Of a stretch of DNA of 64,000 bases, positions 31,455 through 43,373 are shown piece by piece. The first letter of the stretch is position 1. Every line of letters begins with the position of its first letter. Origin of the DNA: Cyanidioschyzon merolae (Eukaryota); assembly GCA_000091205.1 (NCBI GenBank), contig AP006483.2, one strand, 5' to 3'. The position numbers were made by a program, and so were the translations under genes. The notes below the pieces were generated by a model. It made no database searches, was not told the origin of the DNA, and worked only from the letters and a program-made list of their open reading frames with translations.

Positions 31455-32295
31455 GATCTTATGCACGAGTACTTGCTCGCTTAGAACACAGCAAATCCTT
31501 TGCGAGACGTGTGCCCAGCGCGACGACGAAACGCGCCGTCCTTACTGTCCTTACTGTACTAAAAAGTACATTTAGATACAGTCTCCACGGGATACCTGAT
31601 CGTACGCTGATGGACCGCGACCTGCGCGATCGCTCGTCGCGCTCAGGGCGTCGTTTCGGCAGGCGCGGGGCGCTGGCGACCTGCGCGCGATCACACACGA
31701 AGCAGTGTAGCGGAAATCAGGTCCTTTTTGCAGACTCGAGCGTAAACATCCAAGTTTGCGTCTCTCCCACTGTCATCAATATAAATCTTTAGGAAACTAT
31801 CCTAAGGCTGCTGCTTTTTTTCTCCTTTTTATCTCAGGCTTTTAAAACGCCTGTACCGCCCGTACGTCCAGCTACGTTGGCAGTAATCGCGGGGCGTTGG
31901 GGCAGCGCTAGAGTTGCATTTCGCCGCTTCCGGCTGTTGTCGGTGTATTTCAAGCATGGCCCGACGTAGGGATCTACGCTTGGCTTGCTACTTACCTCTT
32001 TGTCACGTACAACCTCGATTTGAGCTTCGCAGCGGTGAAACTTGGCTGGGGTCTAGTGTTGCCATTTGTCCATTGAACCGCGCATGCTTCAGGCGATGAC
32101 CGTGAGGCGCGGAAGGCCCTGCTTCATGGCTCGTTACATGCCCGAAAGGGGCACGGATACCTCTTTTCGATGTCGTCCTTCGTTACAGCGCCCAGCGCCA
32201 TACCCTTCGATCAAAAGCATCTTTTAGACGATCGCTACGGCGTGCATGCTGCCGGCTGCGCGAGCAATCGAACGCTGTTCCGCTCGGCACGGGAT

Positions 32296-33162
32296 TTCTG
32301 GAACGGGATAGTGTCCCTGATGAAGCAAGAACCAGTAGAAAAATCCATGCTCGTTTCGGAGCAGAAGCGGTTCACGGCACGGCATCGTGTCCCTGATGAA
32401 GCAAGGACCAGTAGAAAAATCCATGCTAGAGAAATACGCCGAGGAACTGCGATCCGTCTACGCTCCCATCGTGCACACCTCCGGTGATGAACGCTCAGAT
32501 CCAGGCGATCGCTGCAATGACTCGACGCCGTGTCCGGTACCTGTTGTCATGCAAGCGGAAGAGACGAGAGCGTCTGGGACCACATTCCTGTCAGAGATAA
32601 AATGCTGCAGCCGATTTTTGTTTCGACGATGCGAACCAAGGGTCGATGATGCGCCACTCAAACGAAATCCATTACCTGATGTGAAACGTTCAGCCAAGCT
32701 CCCGCGTGAGGTCTTGAGAGAGTCGTCAGCGTACGAGGTTGAGTTTTTTCCATCGTCAATGCACCGCCGCGAATTGCTGCGCGTTCCCAAGCTACACTGG
32801 CATGGAACGATCGAGAGCTTGAAGCATGCGTGACAAGCGCATGCTACACGTAAGGAAAGCAGGGGGATGGAGGCTTCCATGAATGAATTTTGACACTGGT
32901 ATCGGCTATTTTACGAACGCGTGTTCCAGGGCGCCGCGGAACATCTCGATTCGCATGACTTATCGATTACCAGCCGCATAGCGTCGAAGAATCCACCTCG
33001 ACAAGAAGACAGAGAACCCTAAAACTGCCTATGAATCCGTGAGCCGTTTCTGCTGCATTTCGAATGTGGATGCTGTATATCTGGAAAAGCTCGGGAAACA
33101 AAGTGCAAGGCAGGAGCCAGGCGCACATCAACGTCCCGTTTTAACCTGACATCGGTGTTGCG
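32296..33162 (+). repeat. Direct repeat, copy 2 (867 bp), ~830 bp 5' of RPS2. It contains an extra ~55-80 bp internal tandem duplication at its left end (32296-32349 versus 32350-32440).
   Basis: See copy 1. The extra unit duplicates ggatagtgtccctgatgaagcaag(a/g)accagtagaaaaatccatgct. Confidence 0.9.
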
Positions 33163-33559
33163 CCGCGCAGCCCTCGGACAAGCCGACGCTCTTCGAGGCA
33201 GCCCAGCGCCCTCTCGATCTACGGAGGAGAATGAGTGCTGCGCGGGCAGCGCGTACGGCATTGCAGTAAAGCGCGAACGGTCGGCACTCGGCGCCAGCAG
33301 GGTCTACGCATGCATCTGAGCCGTACACTTTCGGCAAGAGGGTTAGTCTGGAGCATGCAGACGTCCAAATGTTCATAGAAGAGCGATGTTCAGATTTCTT
33401 TCTGCCGGTCGCAAGCGTACATGCACGGGACATCGGATCCGATACATGAATGACACATCATGGATTACCATCATGCATTCGCTGGTCTTCCAGGACAAGG
33501 AACTGTTGGCACATTAGAGTCTTTCATGGCAATTGTGCTTCACCTCCCAGGTACGTGCA

Positions 33560-34195
33560 ATCAAATGCTTTTTCGTGGTTTATAGCGGATGCTTGCAAAG
33601 TATGTTCATACGCAAAAAATCCAAGGGAGAGGTATATAGTAAAAAAGGCGAGGTACCTGGAGCCTAGGTGTTGCCGCGGTAGACAGAAAACCGAAACGAA
33701 ATCCTCTTCCCGCCGACCGTCCAGCGAAGAAGAGCAAGTGACGAAGAAGCAGAAGAAGGGAGGAAATGGTCAAGAACAGGTAGTTGCCCGACGTGATGAT
33801 GACGAGACAGTAGGGGCACAAAGGGCAGGAATTCGAGGAGTCCTTGCAAAGGTGAGAACAACGAAAGCCAGTATACGCATGGAATTCGTGAACCGAGACT
33901 TCAACGATGCCACCAATACCAGATGATATGTGATACTGGAGGCGAGGCCCGCGCAGCTGACGAGCGCCAATTTTGTCGGGTAGCATCCCAGACCCGAGGT
34001 ATACAACCTGAGGTTGAAACCGATAGCAGGGGTCAGGCCGCAGAAGGCTGCGAGGCGTCCGCGGGTCGATGTATACAGGCACTCCACGACAGCGAAGCGT
34101 TTTCGTGCGAACGAGCATTTCGATCGAACGTTGGCCGAACATCGCGAGACCCGTTGTTCTGTCAGAAAGCTGGCATCCTGCGTTGGACACGAGCG
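33560..34195 (+). mobile_element. Copy B: 5'-truncated (~640 bp) 3' fragment of the TnpB/Fanzor-like element.
   Basis: Aligns with the RuvC-II to 3'-end portion of copies A, C and D. ORF 33450-33926 ends ...VVARRDDDETVGAQRAGIRGVLAKVRTTKASIRMEFVNRDFNDATNTR* (degenerate RuvC-III at 33894-33920). The 3'-terminal blocks gggtcgatgtatacag and gaagcgttttcg are shared with D. Confidence 0.5.
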
Positions 34196-34305
34196 CGAGG
34201 CACCGACGAAACGACGCATGCAATGGCCCGTAAGCCCCGAGTGCATCCCGTTTCGCTGCTATTCCGGACGCTTCGCGTCACCTGGATCGCTCCTGAGGAA
34301 GGATT

Positions 34306-34326
34306 TTGGGTGTGTGTGTGTGTGTG
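34306..34326. repeat. (GT)10 dinucleotide microsatellite.
   Basis: Direct reading: gtgtgtgtgtgtgtgtgtg. Confidence 0.85.
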
Positions 34327-34959
34327 GTCAGTGCAAGCCGGGTTTAGAGTGGAGCAGTGGACGCTTCGATCACATCTGAGGAACGACGTTTGGTGCGCTC
34401 TTCATCGCAAGCCGGGGATCGTGCAGCAGCGCCGGACGCATGAAAGTCAGCTGCGGGACAGCGCGTCTGGTGCACGCGCATGAACAATAGGGGTTTGGAA
34501 TGGATCGGTGGCTGCTGCCCCGGATGCGCGATTGCTATGGACATGCAGGTGATCTCCCTGATTCGACTCATCGATCCTCCAACGTTGGAAAACATGGGGC
34601 ACGGCGCGCGCTACAGTCGCCACTAGGACGCGACTGCCGCCTTCGCTATCACCTACCAGCAGTCGTTCCATTGGCTTGGCATCATCGTTGCGGACTTTTT
34701 CTTGAAGAATAAGGGCGATCTTCGGGGATTACCGCGCAGCAGTGCTCATTACGAGAATGTACAGAGAAAGCAGAGCATCGCTGGGCGCGACATCACAGAC
34801 ACACCTGACTGCATCTCGAGTGTTCGCATCGAATCTGATCGTCATCAGAGACCAGCGTCTGGAATAGACTGGAAACGCCGCGATGACTTGACGAAGCACT
34901 CGCAACCTAGGTCATCATGACAGCGGTTGTGCATTCGTCTCCAGAATGCGTCACGTTCA

Positions 34960-36642
34960 TCAACTGGTCTGTTGTCGCAGCGAGGACAAATAGTCCCCAA
35001 TAACGTCCACGAGTAGATCGACTGGATCAGGTCCGTCGGAAGCCGCGTCGCGGCGACTGCGTCGGCCGGTGCGCATACCCCCACCCACGGGATACCGCAC
35101 ATTGGGGCGGGAGTCGGCGTACGCGCGACTGCTCTTCGTATCGAACGGAAACATGCGCCGATACGCAGCGGACACAGGCACCAGGTGACCTCCGGGAACC
35201 TGACGGAACTCAAAGGCCTTTTCGCGATCGGCAAAGCGGTACCAAAGCGCCGCAGCGAGGTCATCGCTTTGGTCAATGGGGTCATCTGCGAACTTCACAA
35301 TCAAATTACTCGCACAGCTGTAATATGATTCGATAAGGCGCTGAGTCTCCTGCGGGCTGGGTGTAAACTCACGATCACGTAGAGCGCGTGCTGCCCCGGT
35401 CGCTAGGGAAGCCCATTCGGGCCAAATACCCAGCAAGCCGGGATCCTGGCTGCGCACCTCTTCTTGTTGCGGCTCCGCCAGGTCTCGAAAATATCGCTGC
35501 ACGCCGCGAGCCGTTTGCAGCCGAGCGCTGCTGCCGAGAATCGCCGCATCACGCAGAAAACTCTCGACGATGCGCCATCCGTCTGAACCAGCTACCGCAT
35601 CGAGTGCTTTGGTAGCGTCCTCGAAAAAGGGTATGCTCTTTGAACTCGAGTAATTATTATAGGCCAGAAATATGTTAGCCTTTGGCGCCAGTCCGGCTCT
35701 TTGCTTTCGATTGGGCGCCGTTGTTTCCTCTGCATGCATCAGCGCCAGTAGCTTCGCGCCGAGCGAGTGACCCATGCCCACGGCAGGGAGGCGCTCCGGC
35801 GATGCAAGCAGTCGCGAGAGAGACGCGGAGGCATCCCGGAACCGCTCCCTGAGCTTTTCCGCTAGCTGCAGATGGTCGAAGAAAAGAGTCGTATCCGGAA
35901 CGGGATGGCTGGAAAACGCATCCGCCCCAACTTTCGCAGAAGCACTCGTTGATGCCTTGGAGGGCGCCACGGCCGCCGAAAAGAACGGCGCTGCGATCAC
36001 TGCCATCTGGGTTCGGCGTGCAATTTGTTCAAGAAAGGGCCCATAAGTTGCCCGCGGAAACTGGCCCACCAAGAACCCGCCAATGAAGCAGATTACCCCA
36101 CGAAGCGCGCCAGACGCAGTGGCGAGCTTGTCGCTCGGCGAACCCGCCGGAACACCGTCCGGGATACACACGTCGCAACCGGCGAGCACCAACCAGCGCC
36201 CTTCCGAGTCCTCGACTTTTCCATCGACACTCATCTGGAGCGAGCTGAGCCCTAGGGAACGCCAAACACGGCCAGTAGGTCGACAGGCCTCTATCGTTTC
36301 ACCGTGTCCACAACGGCGATAACCGTACTGAAGACGCCTCCGGGCAGCAGATCTAGTGTTGACGCATGTGCGGCGTCTCACGCGAAATGCAGGCGACACG
36401 TCTGTAGCCCTGGCAACTATGGTGCTTGCAGAACAGCGACTCCTTGTGTGAAAAGAGCGCACGACAGCGGGCAGTACTAGAAACGCAGTCGAATCCAGCA
36501 GCAGGTCGCTTTTACACGCAGGGCACTCCGTGGAGCCACGAAGCCGTTGGACGCGTTCCGTGGTTGTCTGCTCACGAGTTTGTTGGGAGGACCCACGCAT
36601 TCTCAAATGCCTTGGTTCGAAAAAACGTTCCTGGCGACTCAC
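34960..36642 (-). CDS. alpha/beta-hydrolase-fold protein (serine hydrolase with a GHSLG nucleophile elbow).
   Basis: VGMGHSLGAKLLALMHAE (GxSxG) follows a hydrophobic beta-strand (VICFIGGFLVGQFP). This is the typical alpha/beta hydrolase arrangement. Confidence 0.5.
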   Translation of the reverse strand: MSRQERFFEPRHLRMRGSSQQTREQTTTERVQRLRGSTECPACKSDLLLDSTAFLVLPAVVRSFHTRSRCSASTIVARATDVSPAFRVRRRTCVNTRSAARRRLQYGYRRCGHGETIEACRPTGRVWRSLGLSSLQMSVDGKVEDSEGRWLVLAGCDVCIPDGVPAGSPSDKLATASGALRGVICFIGGFLVGQFPRATYGPFLEQIARRTQMAVIAAPFFSAAVAPSKASTSASAKVGADAFSSHPVPDTTLFFDHLQLAEKLRERFRDASASLSRLLASPERLPAVGMGHSLGAKLLALMHAEETTAPNRKQRAGLAPKANIFLAYNNYSSSKSIPFFEDATKALDAVAGSDGWRIVESFLRDAAILGSSARLQTARGVQRYFRDLAEPQQEEVRSQDPGLLGIWPEWASLATGAARALRDREFTPSPQETQRLIESYYSCASNLIVKFADDPIDQSDDLAAALWYRFADREKAFEFRQVPGGHLVPVSAAYRRMFPFDTKSSRAYADSRPNVRYPVGGGMRTGRRSRRDAASDGPDPVDLLVDVIGDYLSSLRQQTS

Positions 36643-37770
36643 GAACGCTACGTGGTGTCAAGGTCGAACGCCCAGCGTCGAATGCACAAATCACTGGATA
36701 TGCGTCAAACTTGCCTCGCGCCCGGGCGCCGATCGAACCGCAAAGATGCCTAACGAACGTTGGGGGCAGGGTTCGAGTTCGCAGTGCGCTAGCACACAGA
36801 CAGTGACCGTTTCATAGAATGCATGCAATGCTGGAGCGACACCAGACCTCATTTCGTTGTCTAGAAGCCAGATTCGTCATCACAGACTGTTAGAGAAGCT
36901 GCGTTCATTCCCGAAAGTTGGACGGCACGGGGTCAAAGTGCGTCGACTGGAGGCAGCGTACCTCAGTGCAAACGCTCAGGTGCGTGCTTGCGCTCGGCTG
37001 CGCAGCCTTCTGGAGATCACGTGCGATATAGCATGCCGTTGAGAACGGCACGCGGCGTATCGGTCCGTGGTGGCCCTCTGAAGGACGCCTCTGTCTGGGA
37101 CGCGACGTCCAGACCCTGGACACTGGACAGGTGCGTGGAGCGGCCAACGTTGCGCGCGGTTCCGCGAAAGGACTCGGGGTCTTTTCTCCTGGCAAGCAGC
37201 AAAGCGCAGATCAGCGGTCCTTGACGCGGCGTTTCGCAACTGGCGGGGGCCTTTGAGCGCTCGTAGGGTATAGCGCCTCCATAACAGTTCCCTCGCAGTT
37301 GCGCATGTCGTGGTCGAGCAACGAACGAGCTCGATGAAGTAGCAAACTTCCTCGCTGCCGACAAGCAGCACCGTACACTGCGACCAGGCGCTCAAGAGCA
37401 AGTCACGCGAGCTTAACGGTTCCGTAGAGCTAGCGGCCAGTGGGCACTCCTATGCTGCATGCTCTACTTTTACGGACACAAACACGGTCCACGGTCTGCA
37501 AGGGCAGACTAGCTGGAATAAGATGTTTGGATACACGTATCATTGACGAATGTGCGTTCAGGATAGCGGAGGGCGACCAAGGCCCCGTTGGTTGGCCTGT
37601 GCACGCTCCACACGCCGCCGTGCACAAGTCCCCTGCACGATGAGGCGTCGCGCTTGTAGATCATCACGCAATAGTGAATGCTTGCCGGATCAATTCGTTT
37701 CTTAACGACCTCGAGACTGTAGGCTCGCACGCCACCACCCCACTCTACACGTGACGCCTTTCTCGAATGG

Positions 37771-39405
37771 TCATGGAGACGAGGGGCTTTTTGACCGGGG
37801 ACTGTCGACGCGTAAAGCCCCCATCTGCGCTTCCACTGCCAGGTTTGCGTGCAATGCGAGCTTTCTCGCGGCGCTGTCATCAAACTGGCGCCAAGGTCTA
37901 AACCGATCCGTACATGAGCTGGCTCGCGGACCAGGTCCGCTGCTTTTCTCCGAATGAGCCAATTCACCCGTGTTTTCCACAAGTCTGCGACGATCTTCGG
38001 GGGGTAGTCTCTCTACCATGGAATTGGCGTCCTCTGCAGCGTATGCTCGGAGCGCCCCAAACAGCTGACGGGCAATGAAGCGCACCTTAGCCTGCGAGTC
38101 TCTGATCGCCAAACGAATGCAAGATTCGATTTCCGAGCGAATGGCGGCATCGCTCCACAAGGAGGACGCATCTTGTCGGAGCACAGTCGTTTGTGCGGCT
38201 CGGGGAAGCGCAACGGCCGACTCGGATTTTGTACCGACCTGTAGTACGAGACAGGCATACATGCCACAACGCTCCCGAAGCACAGGATGCTGTTCAGCAC
38301 CAGCACATGCTTTCAACAGGAATTGAAGCACGGGGAATAAGAAAGACGGATGCGACGCAGCGTCGCGCAGTACTTGCAGCAGTCGATGGGCGCACGCGTC
38401 TGCAGCATCATAAAAGACTTTTTTTGTGCGTATCAATACCGGAAAAATAGCGAAGCGAAAAAGGTAGAGCGCGATTTCAACGGGAGCCCGCCGTCTCGAT
38501 GCGCTCGCGGATGCGTTCAGCTGATGCGTCACTGCGCTTTCTCGCTTCGATGCCGCTGCGACTGGATCGTCTCCGAAGACTGCTCTTGCCGCATCCATCT
38601 CGCCGCTGGCTGGGTTGCTGATCGATACGAGTTGCTGCGCCTGGAGGCAAATGAAGGATTCGCTGTCGGAGGAACGCACAGGGGCTGTGCCGGGCTCGCA
38701 CGCTGCAGGTCGTCTCCATGTGGACCCGGATCGCAGTCCGCACGTATCATTGATCTGCTCTTGTAGCCGTTGTTGTTTTAGGGCAGCAAGCTCTCTCTTG
38801 AGAGCCTGTTTTGGCTGGCTTCGTCCGGGATCGATCATCGACGCACCGCGCATTGAGGTTTCCAACTCGTTGATGGCCGCCTCTAGCGCGGGGCCTAGGA
38901 CGAATTCTCCAAACCAGCCAAGAAAATCGAGACCATCCTTCGCGAGCTGGGAGCGAATGTCCGCGCAAACCTTCACCAGTGCTGTAAGGAGCGTCTCTTG
39001 GTGGCCGTTCGCTCCAACCGCAACGGACGCTTGCTCGCAGCTCATTGCTTGTTGGTGTAGCTTCCATACAATCTCACAGAACTCTAGTGCTGCGTTCTGG
39101 TTCGCCAGTCGTGCACTACTATCGCCGACAAGTAGGGTGCGCTCTAACAGTGAGCGCAACGCGTGCAACGCAGCTGCTTGGTTTTGCCAGGGCAGAACTG
39201 CGGGGCAGGTGTTCTCGTCGTTTTCTACAGCCTCCTCAGTTTTATCAGAGGGAAGACAGGCTGAAGTCGCTCCATCGCGAGTTCCAGAATAGATGCGCTT
39301 CACAAGCTCATAGCGCTCTATTGAGATCCAAGCGTGGGTAGCGGAATCCATTGTGAGAAGTTTGAGGGTGCCGCCTGAGCACACAGCAGCATCGCTGGTG
39401 GGCAT
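37771..39405 (-). CDS. Hypothetical 544-aa helical-repeat protein (possible HEAT/TOG- or CLASP_N-like); weak assignment.
   Basis: Uninterrupted 1.6 kb ORF with repeated amphipathic helices, for example KVRFIARQLFGALRAYAAEDANSMVERLPPEDRRRLVE. No diagnostic motif. Confidence 0.35.
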   Translation of the reverse strand: MPTSDAAVCSGGTLKLLTMDSATHAWISIERYELVKRIYSGTRDGATSACLPSDKTEEAVENDENTCPAVLPWQNQAAALHALRSLLERTLLVGDSSARLANQNAALEFCEIVWKLHQQAMSCEQASVAVGANGHQETLLTALVKVCADIRSQLAKDGLDFLGWFGEFVLGPALEAAINELETSMRGASMIDPGRSQPKQALKRELAALKQQRLQEQINDTCGLRSGSTWRRPAACEPGTAPVRSSDSESFICLQAQQLVSISNPASGEMDAARAVFGDDPVAAASKRESAVTHQLNASASASRRRAPVEIALYLFRFAIFPVLIRTKKVFYDAADACAHRLLQVLRDAASHPSFLFPVLQFLLKACAGAEQHPVLRERCGMYACLVLQVGTKSESAVALPRAAQTTVLRQDASSLWSDAAIRSEIESCIRLAIRDSQAKVRFIARQLFGALRAYAAEDANSMVERLPPEDRRRLVENTGELAHSEKSSGPGPRASSCTDRFRPWRQFDDSAARKLALHANLAVEAQMGALRVDSPRSKSPSSP

Positions 39406-40221
39406 TCAAATACGCCGGGCACAGCAGCACGCGGCCGCCGTCGTCAACGATCGCCGCGCACCGTTGGGTGCAGGTCGGACTTCGAACTGCTCCGGAGAGC
39501 GGATCGCACGCGGGCGCGAACGGCTGTCAAGCATTGTCCTATTTGATACAGGATGGTACAGATCGCAGCGGCATCAAAGACGCTACGGAGCGATCGTCGG
39601 TGAGAGCGGTTTGGCGACTGCTCTGCAACGCCAGCGTACGCTTCGTCATTGCCAGATGCGCGCCATGCCGTCGGATGTCGACGCCATGGCGCGATCTCGA
39701 GGGCCGTACGTGAGCGCGGTGCGCGGTTTATCTCGATGAGTGCAGTGAAGACGTTCATCGCTTGAGGATTGGTACCGTGTTGACTCTGGACGGCGAGCGT
39801 ATTGCCCAGTCAGTCCGTCTCCACTGACGGAGTGTAAACATCGAAAATTTTTCGTGTTTCGAGATCAATGCATCGAACCTGATTCCCTTGTATGTGCGAT
39901 TGCGTTAGGCAGTCAGGAAGTGACGACCGTGCTTTTCCAAACGTCTTAAAGTACCACCATGAGCCTTGCACCAGAATTCCAGGTGTGAATAGCAGTTCGC
40001 TGAAAGCAGCGATGCTCTTGGAGCCACTTCTCGGATTCATGTTCGCTATCACGGCGGGTGTGCGGCCCCGGCCGCCACAGAGACGCAGCAAGCCCTTTCA
40101 TTGTCCTAACAGGCGTCGGCTCGATGAAGCATTGAACATTTGGAGCGAGACAGCTGAGGCTCTGCTCTTTCGACCTGTCGGAATCAATACAATGAAAAGA
40201 GGCGACTCGCTGAGCATGTCC

Positions 40222-40490
40222 ACGGTTGCTCCTCGGGTTTCCATTTTTTCGATATCTGCGCCGCCTGATCGGCATCCGAGTCTTCTGCTGCGCTTTTACT
40301 TTGCTCGCATGCGCTGGGGCGACATCTTACCACTGCCGCTCAAAAAGGGTTCTCCCACGGTTGCTCCTCGGGTTTCCATTTTTTCGATATCTGCACCGCC
40401 TGATCGGCATCCGAGTCTTCTGATGCGCTTTCACTTTGTTTGCGTGCGCTGAGGCGACACCTTACCAATGCCGCTCAAAAAGGGGCCTCG
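40222..40490. repeat. Tandem duplication, 2 units of ~136 bp, ~95 % identical.
   Basis: cacggttgctcctcgggtttccattttttcgatatctgc(g/a)ccgcctgatcggcatccgagtcttctg... is repeated at 40222 and 40358. Confidence 0.85.
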
Positions 40491-41691
40491 GTGGCGACCA
40501 AGTTGCTACCAACTGGGGCACGGCGAGAATCTCAGCCGTGCCTCTGTTGCTGGGGCTGCACGCGAGCGCTTCCATCCCAGTTTGGGTCCCAGACGCTGTC
40601 GCACCATGACGCTTGCTCTGGAAATTGCCTTGTTTTCTTGGAGTGCGCGCCCCGGTCTCCCGGTGGCATTGGCGGCACATAGGCTGGAGGATCCGGGTCA
40701 GGTGCTGGCGACGCCCCAAGGGTGCCGAGTTGCGATGTGCGCGCCCTCCAGGCCATACCAGGCCCGAAACCGAAGATTGATCCAGCATGCTCATATCCGA
40801 AACCTGCTCTTCACAAAAGCTGTTTAGCGGTAGTTTTCATAATAAGAAGCGCGCAGTATAGCCGATCTGCCATGCACATGCAATTCAAGCACGGTTGCTA
40901 CCCGCTCTCGAGAATCGTTCATCCAGTGGACTTCCTTAGGGCGCGTGCCAGCACTGGAGCGTTCGGAGCGCTCCTTCGAGCTGCGTGTGGGCTCGTGCGC
41001 TACGACCGGGTGCGCGTATTCCCGCGGCCGATGCACCCGCCACACCTGGCCCCCGTGCTGCAGGGTGTATGCTACGCTTTCCAGGGTGCATTGCAACGCC
41101 TCGATGTATGTCAAATTGCATTTGAAAGGTAACGAGCGGACTCGGGTCAAACCGTCGTGTCCATACCTTATCATATACAAAGAAATGAAAGGATTTTAGG
41201 ATGCGCCACTAGGTCGTTGGTTGCAGCGGTACCGATCGGGTTGGTCATCGAGCATTGCGGAACATAAAACATGGTTTTTTTTCATGGACAAAACGTTTGC
41301 TTCGGCCAGCGTTCTCCGATTGTGCACTTTTCCTTTTCTTTTTGTTTGTGTGTGGTGAGGCATCCATGAACCCCCTACTCCCAAGTTACATTACGTATAC
41401 TTCTTCTCGGATATTCTGCTCATTTCATACGTCCTATCGTGTGCCGAGCCTGCCGAGCGCGTCAGCAATGGCACCTGTAGCGCCGACAGAACACGGTGCT
41501 CGCGTCGAGCCGCCGGCGTCGGAATCGCCATCGCGAAACGATTGTCCATGATGTCGCAAATCAAGATGCCATTTCGCTCGCGGCCTAAGAAACGCTCGGA
41601 TCGTGCGCAGCGTATATGTGCAGGCCTTTGTTAGCGAGACTTTGGCGAATACGCGCTGGCTCGGGCGGCAGCAAGCCAGCATTTCTCGGAA

Positions 41692-42930
41692 ATGGTAGCA
41701 CAGGGGGGCCTCATATCGACCAGAGTAGGCGGTACAGGAGTTTGCCTCGCTAAGTGCTCGAGCACGACGATACATCCCCCGTTTGGTACGACAGGAAGCG
41801 GCGCGCTTGCCGTCGACGAACAATCTTGGCGCAGTGCCGGGCGTCAACTGCTCTACGCTACCATGTACGTGACGAGCTCCGGGACGAGTCGACTACAATC
41901 GAGGCGCTTCGTGTACGGCGCAGCGCGTCGGCGGAACTGTTCTCGGGTTCTAGGGACGCGTCGATGTCCTTACGAGCTGGGCGCTGGAGAAGCACGCACT
42001 GCTCGGGCGAAGCCTCTCCACGGAGGCACGAGCAACCGTATGCGTTGCGTGTCTTCTGGGATGGAACAGCGCCCGTCGTTGAATGACTCACGCATACCAC
42101 AATCAACCTTTTCTCCGCGGATAGGGAAGCCCGGGGAGCAGTTGCAGGAACCCAGCATTACGCCCCTGGAAGCCGAACAGCGCCTCGTTCGGTCGGGAGA
42201 CTGGCTGCTGTTTGCGGCAAGCCTCTGTACGCTGTGCTTTGGTGTCTGCCTGGGTCCACGGCGAGTACACGCCCAGCGTCACGAGCGTACTATTGCTGCA
42301 GCACTTGTTCATGGCCTAGCCACAATGGATGCTCGCGTCGTTTCCCAAGATACGAGGCGGGTATTCAAGTCGTCTACGGAGCGCCGGCCGATGGCCACGG
42401 TATCCGTCCCAAAAGCGGAAACGACGAATCAGCTCGATATAGGAAAAATGGGATATTCCCTCTACGATTTCGTGGATAAGAAGAAACTTTTCTCTTCGGA
42501 TCTATCCGCGAGAACAGAGACACAACTGGAATTGGAAGAGATCGAAGACGAGGAAGTGCAGAAAGCTTTGGTGTTAACTGTTGGGCGGCTTCTGCAAACG
42601 GTTGGCGCTCTCGTTGCTGCTTACTTCGTTTACGTCGGCAGTCGGCGCTGGGAAGAATGGATGCGAGAAGAGGAACGATTGGCGACCGAGAAAGAAATCA
42701 GCTTGACTGGTACCTACATTGACCCTGCTGTACCGCGTGAGGACCTCGAAAGACGACGAAATCCCGAGTCGTCTACGCCTTCCGGCGTTTCAGACGACGA
42801 CAGTGGCCACGATCCTGACACCGGAACGGGTAGCACAAAACGCCCCGGTCCTGGACCGAAACCACCGTCGACGGACCGCGGCGGAGCGCCAGACGAAGGG
42901 CTTGACCTTCTGGACGACCTGCTCGAGTAG
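41692..42930 (+). CDS. Hypothetical protein with one predicted TM helix (ALVLTVGRLLQTVGALVAAYFVYVG) and an acidic C-terminus (GLDLLDDLLE). The true start is probably an internal Met.
   Basis: ORF only; no recognisable domain. Confidence 0.3.
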   Translation: MVAQGGLISTRVGGTGVCLAKCSSTTIHPPFGTTGSGALAVDEQSWRSAGRQLLYATMYVTSSGTSRLQSRRFVYGAARRRNCSRVLGTRRCPYELGAGEARTARAKPLHGGTSNRMRCVSSGMEQRPSLNDSRIPQSTFSPRIGKPGEQLQEPSITPLEAEQRLVRSGDWLLFAASLCTLCFGVCLGPRRVHAQRHERTIAAALVHGLATMDARVVSQDTRRVFKSSTERRPMATVSVPKAETTNQLDIGKMGYSLYDFVDKKKLFSSDLSARTETQLELEEIEDEEVQKALVLTVGRLLQTVGALVAAYFVYVGSRRWEEWMREEERLATEKEISLTGTYIDPAVPREDLERRRNPESSTPSGVSDDDSGHDPDTGTGSTKRPGPGPKPPSTDRGGAPDEGLDLLDDLLE

Positions 42931-43373
42931 CGCAGCGGTGCACAGATCGTTTACCTAGGCCGTTCTGTACAAAAGCTAGGCGTAGCGCCCATGCTGACAA
43001 GCGAGCAACGCACGAATTGTGCACCCAAAGAGCTTTACAGTGCAGTGAGGCTTCCTCCGCATGCCAATCACACATACGAATTCGTGCAGTCATTGCGACA
43101 AGCGGAGCGACTCGCGCATGCAGTCGCACCGCTTTGGGACTGGCGATCTGCAAGACGCTCGTTCAAAAGACAGCAGGGCGGTGCTCCTTTGACAGAACAG
43201 GACAGATCAAATTTGCAGATGGAGTACTGTGCACGAGGCCTCGCGGAGCTCCACTAGGGCTATCGCAGGCAAGACGGATTCCTCCAGCGCGAGTCGCACG
43301 CTTGAGCAGCTGCCACCTGCTACCGCATGGCAATGCTGCTCCAAAATTTGGTACCAAGTGCGGCTTGTGTCGC

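Noticed and set aside
29627-33162. RPS2-flanking direct repeats considered as LTRs of a retrotransposon
   Set aside because: The internal region holds only the RPS2 gene and no gag/RT/IN-like ORFs. The repeats lack the TG...CA termini typical of LTRs. Segmental duplication is more plausible.
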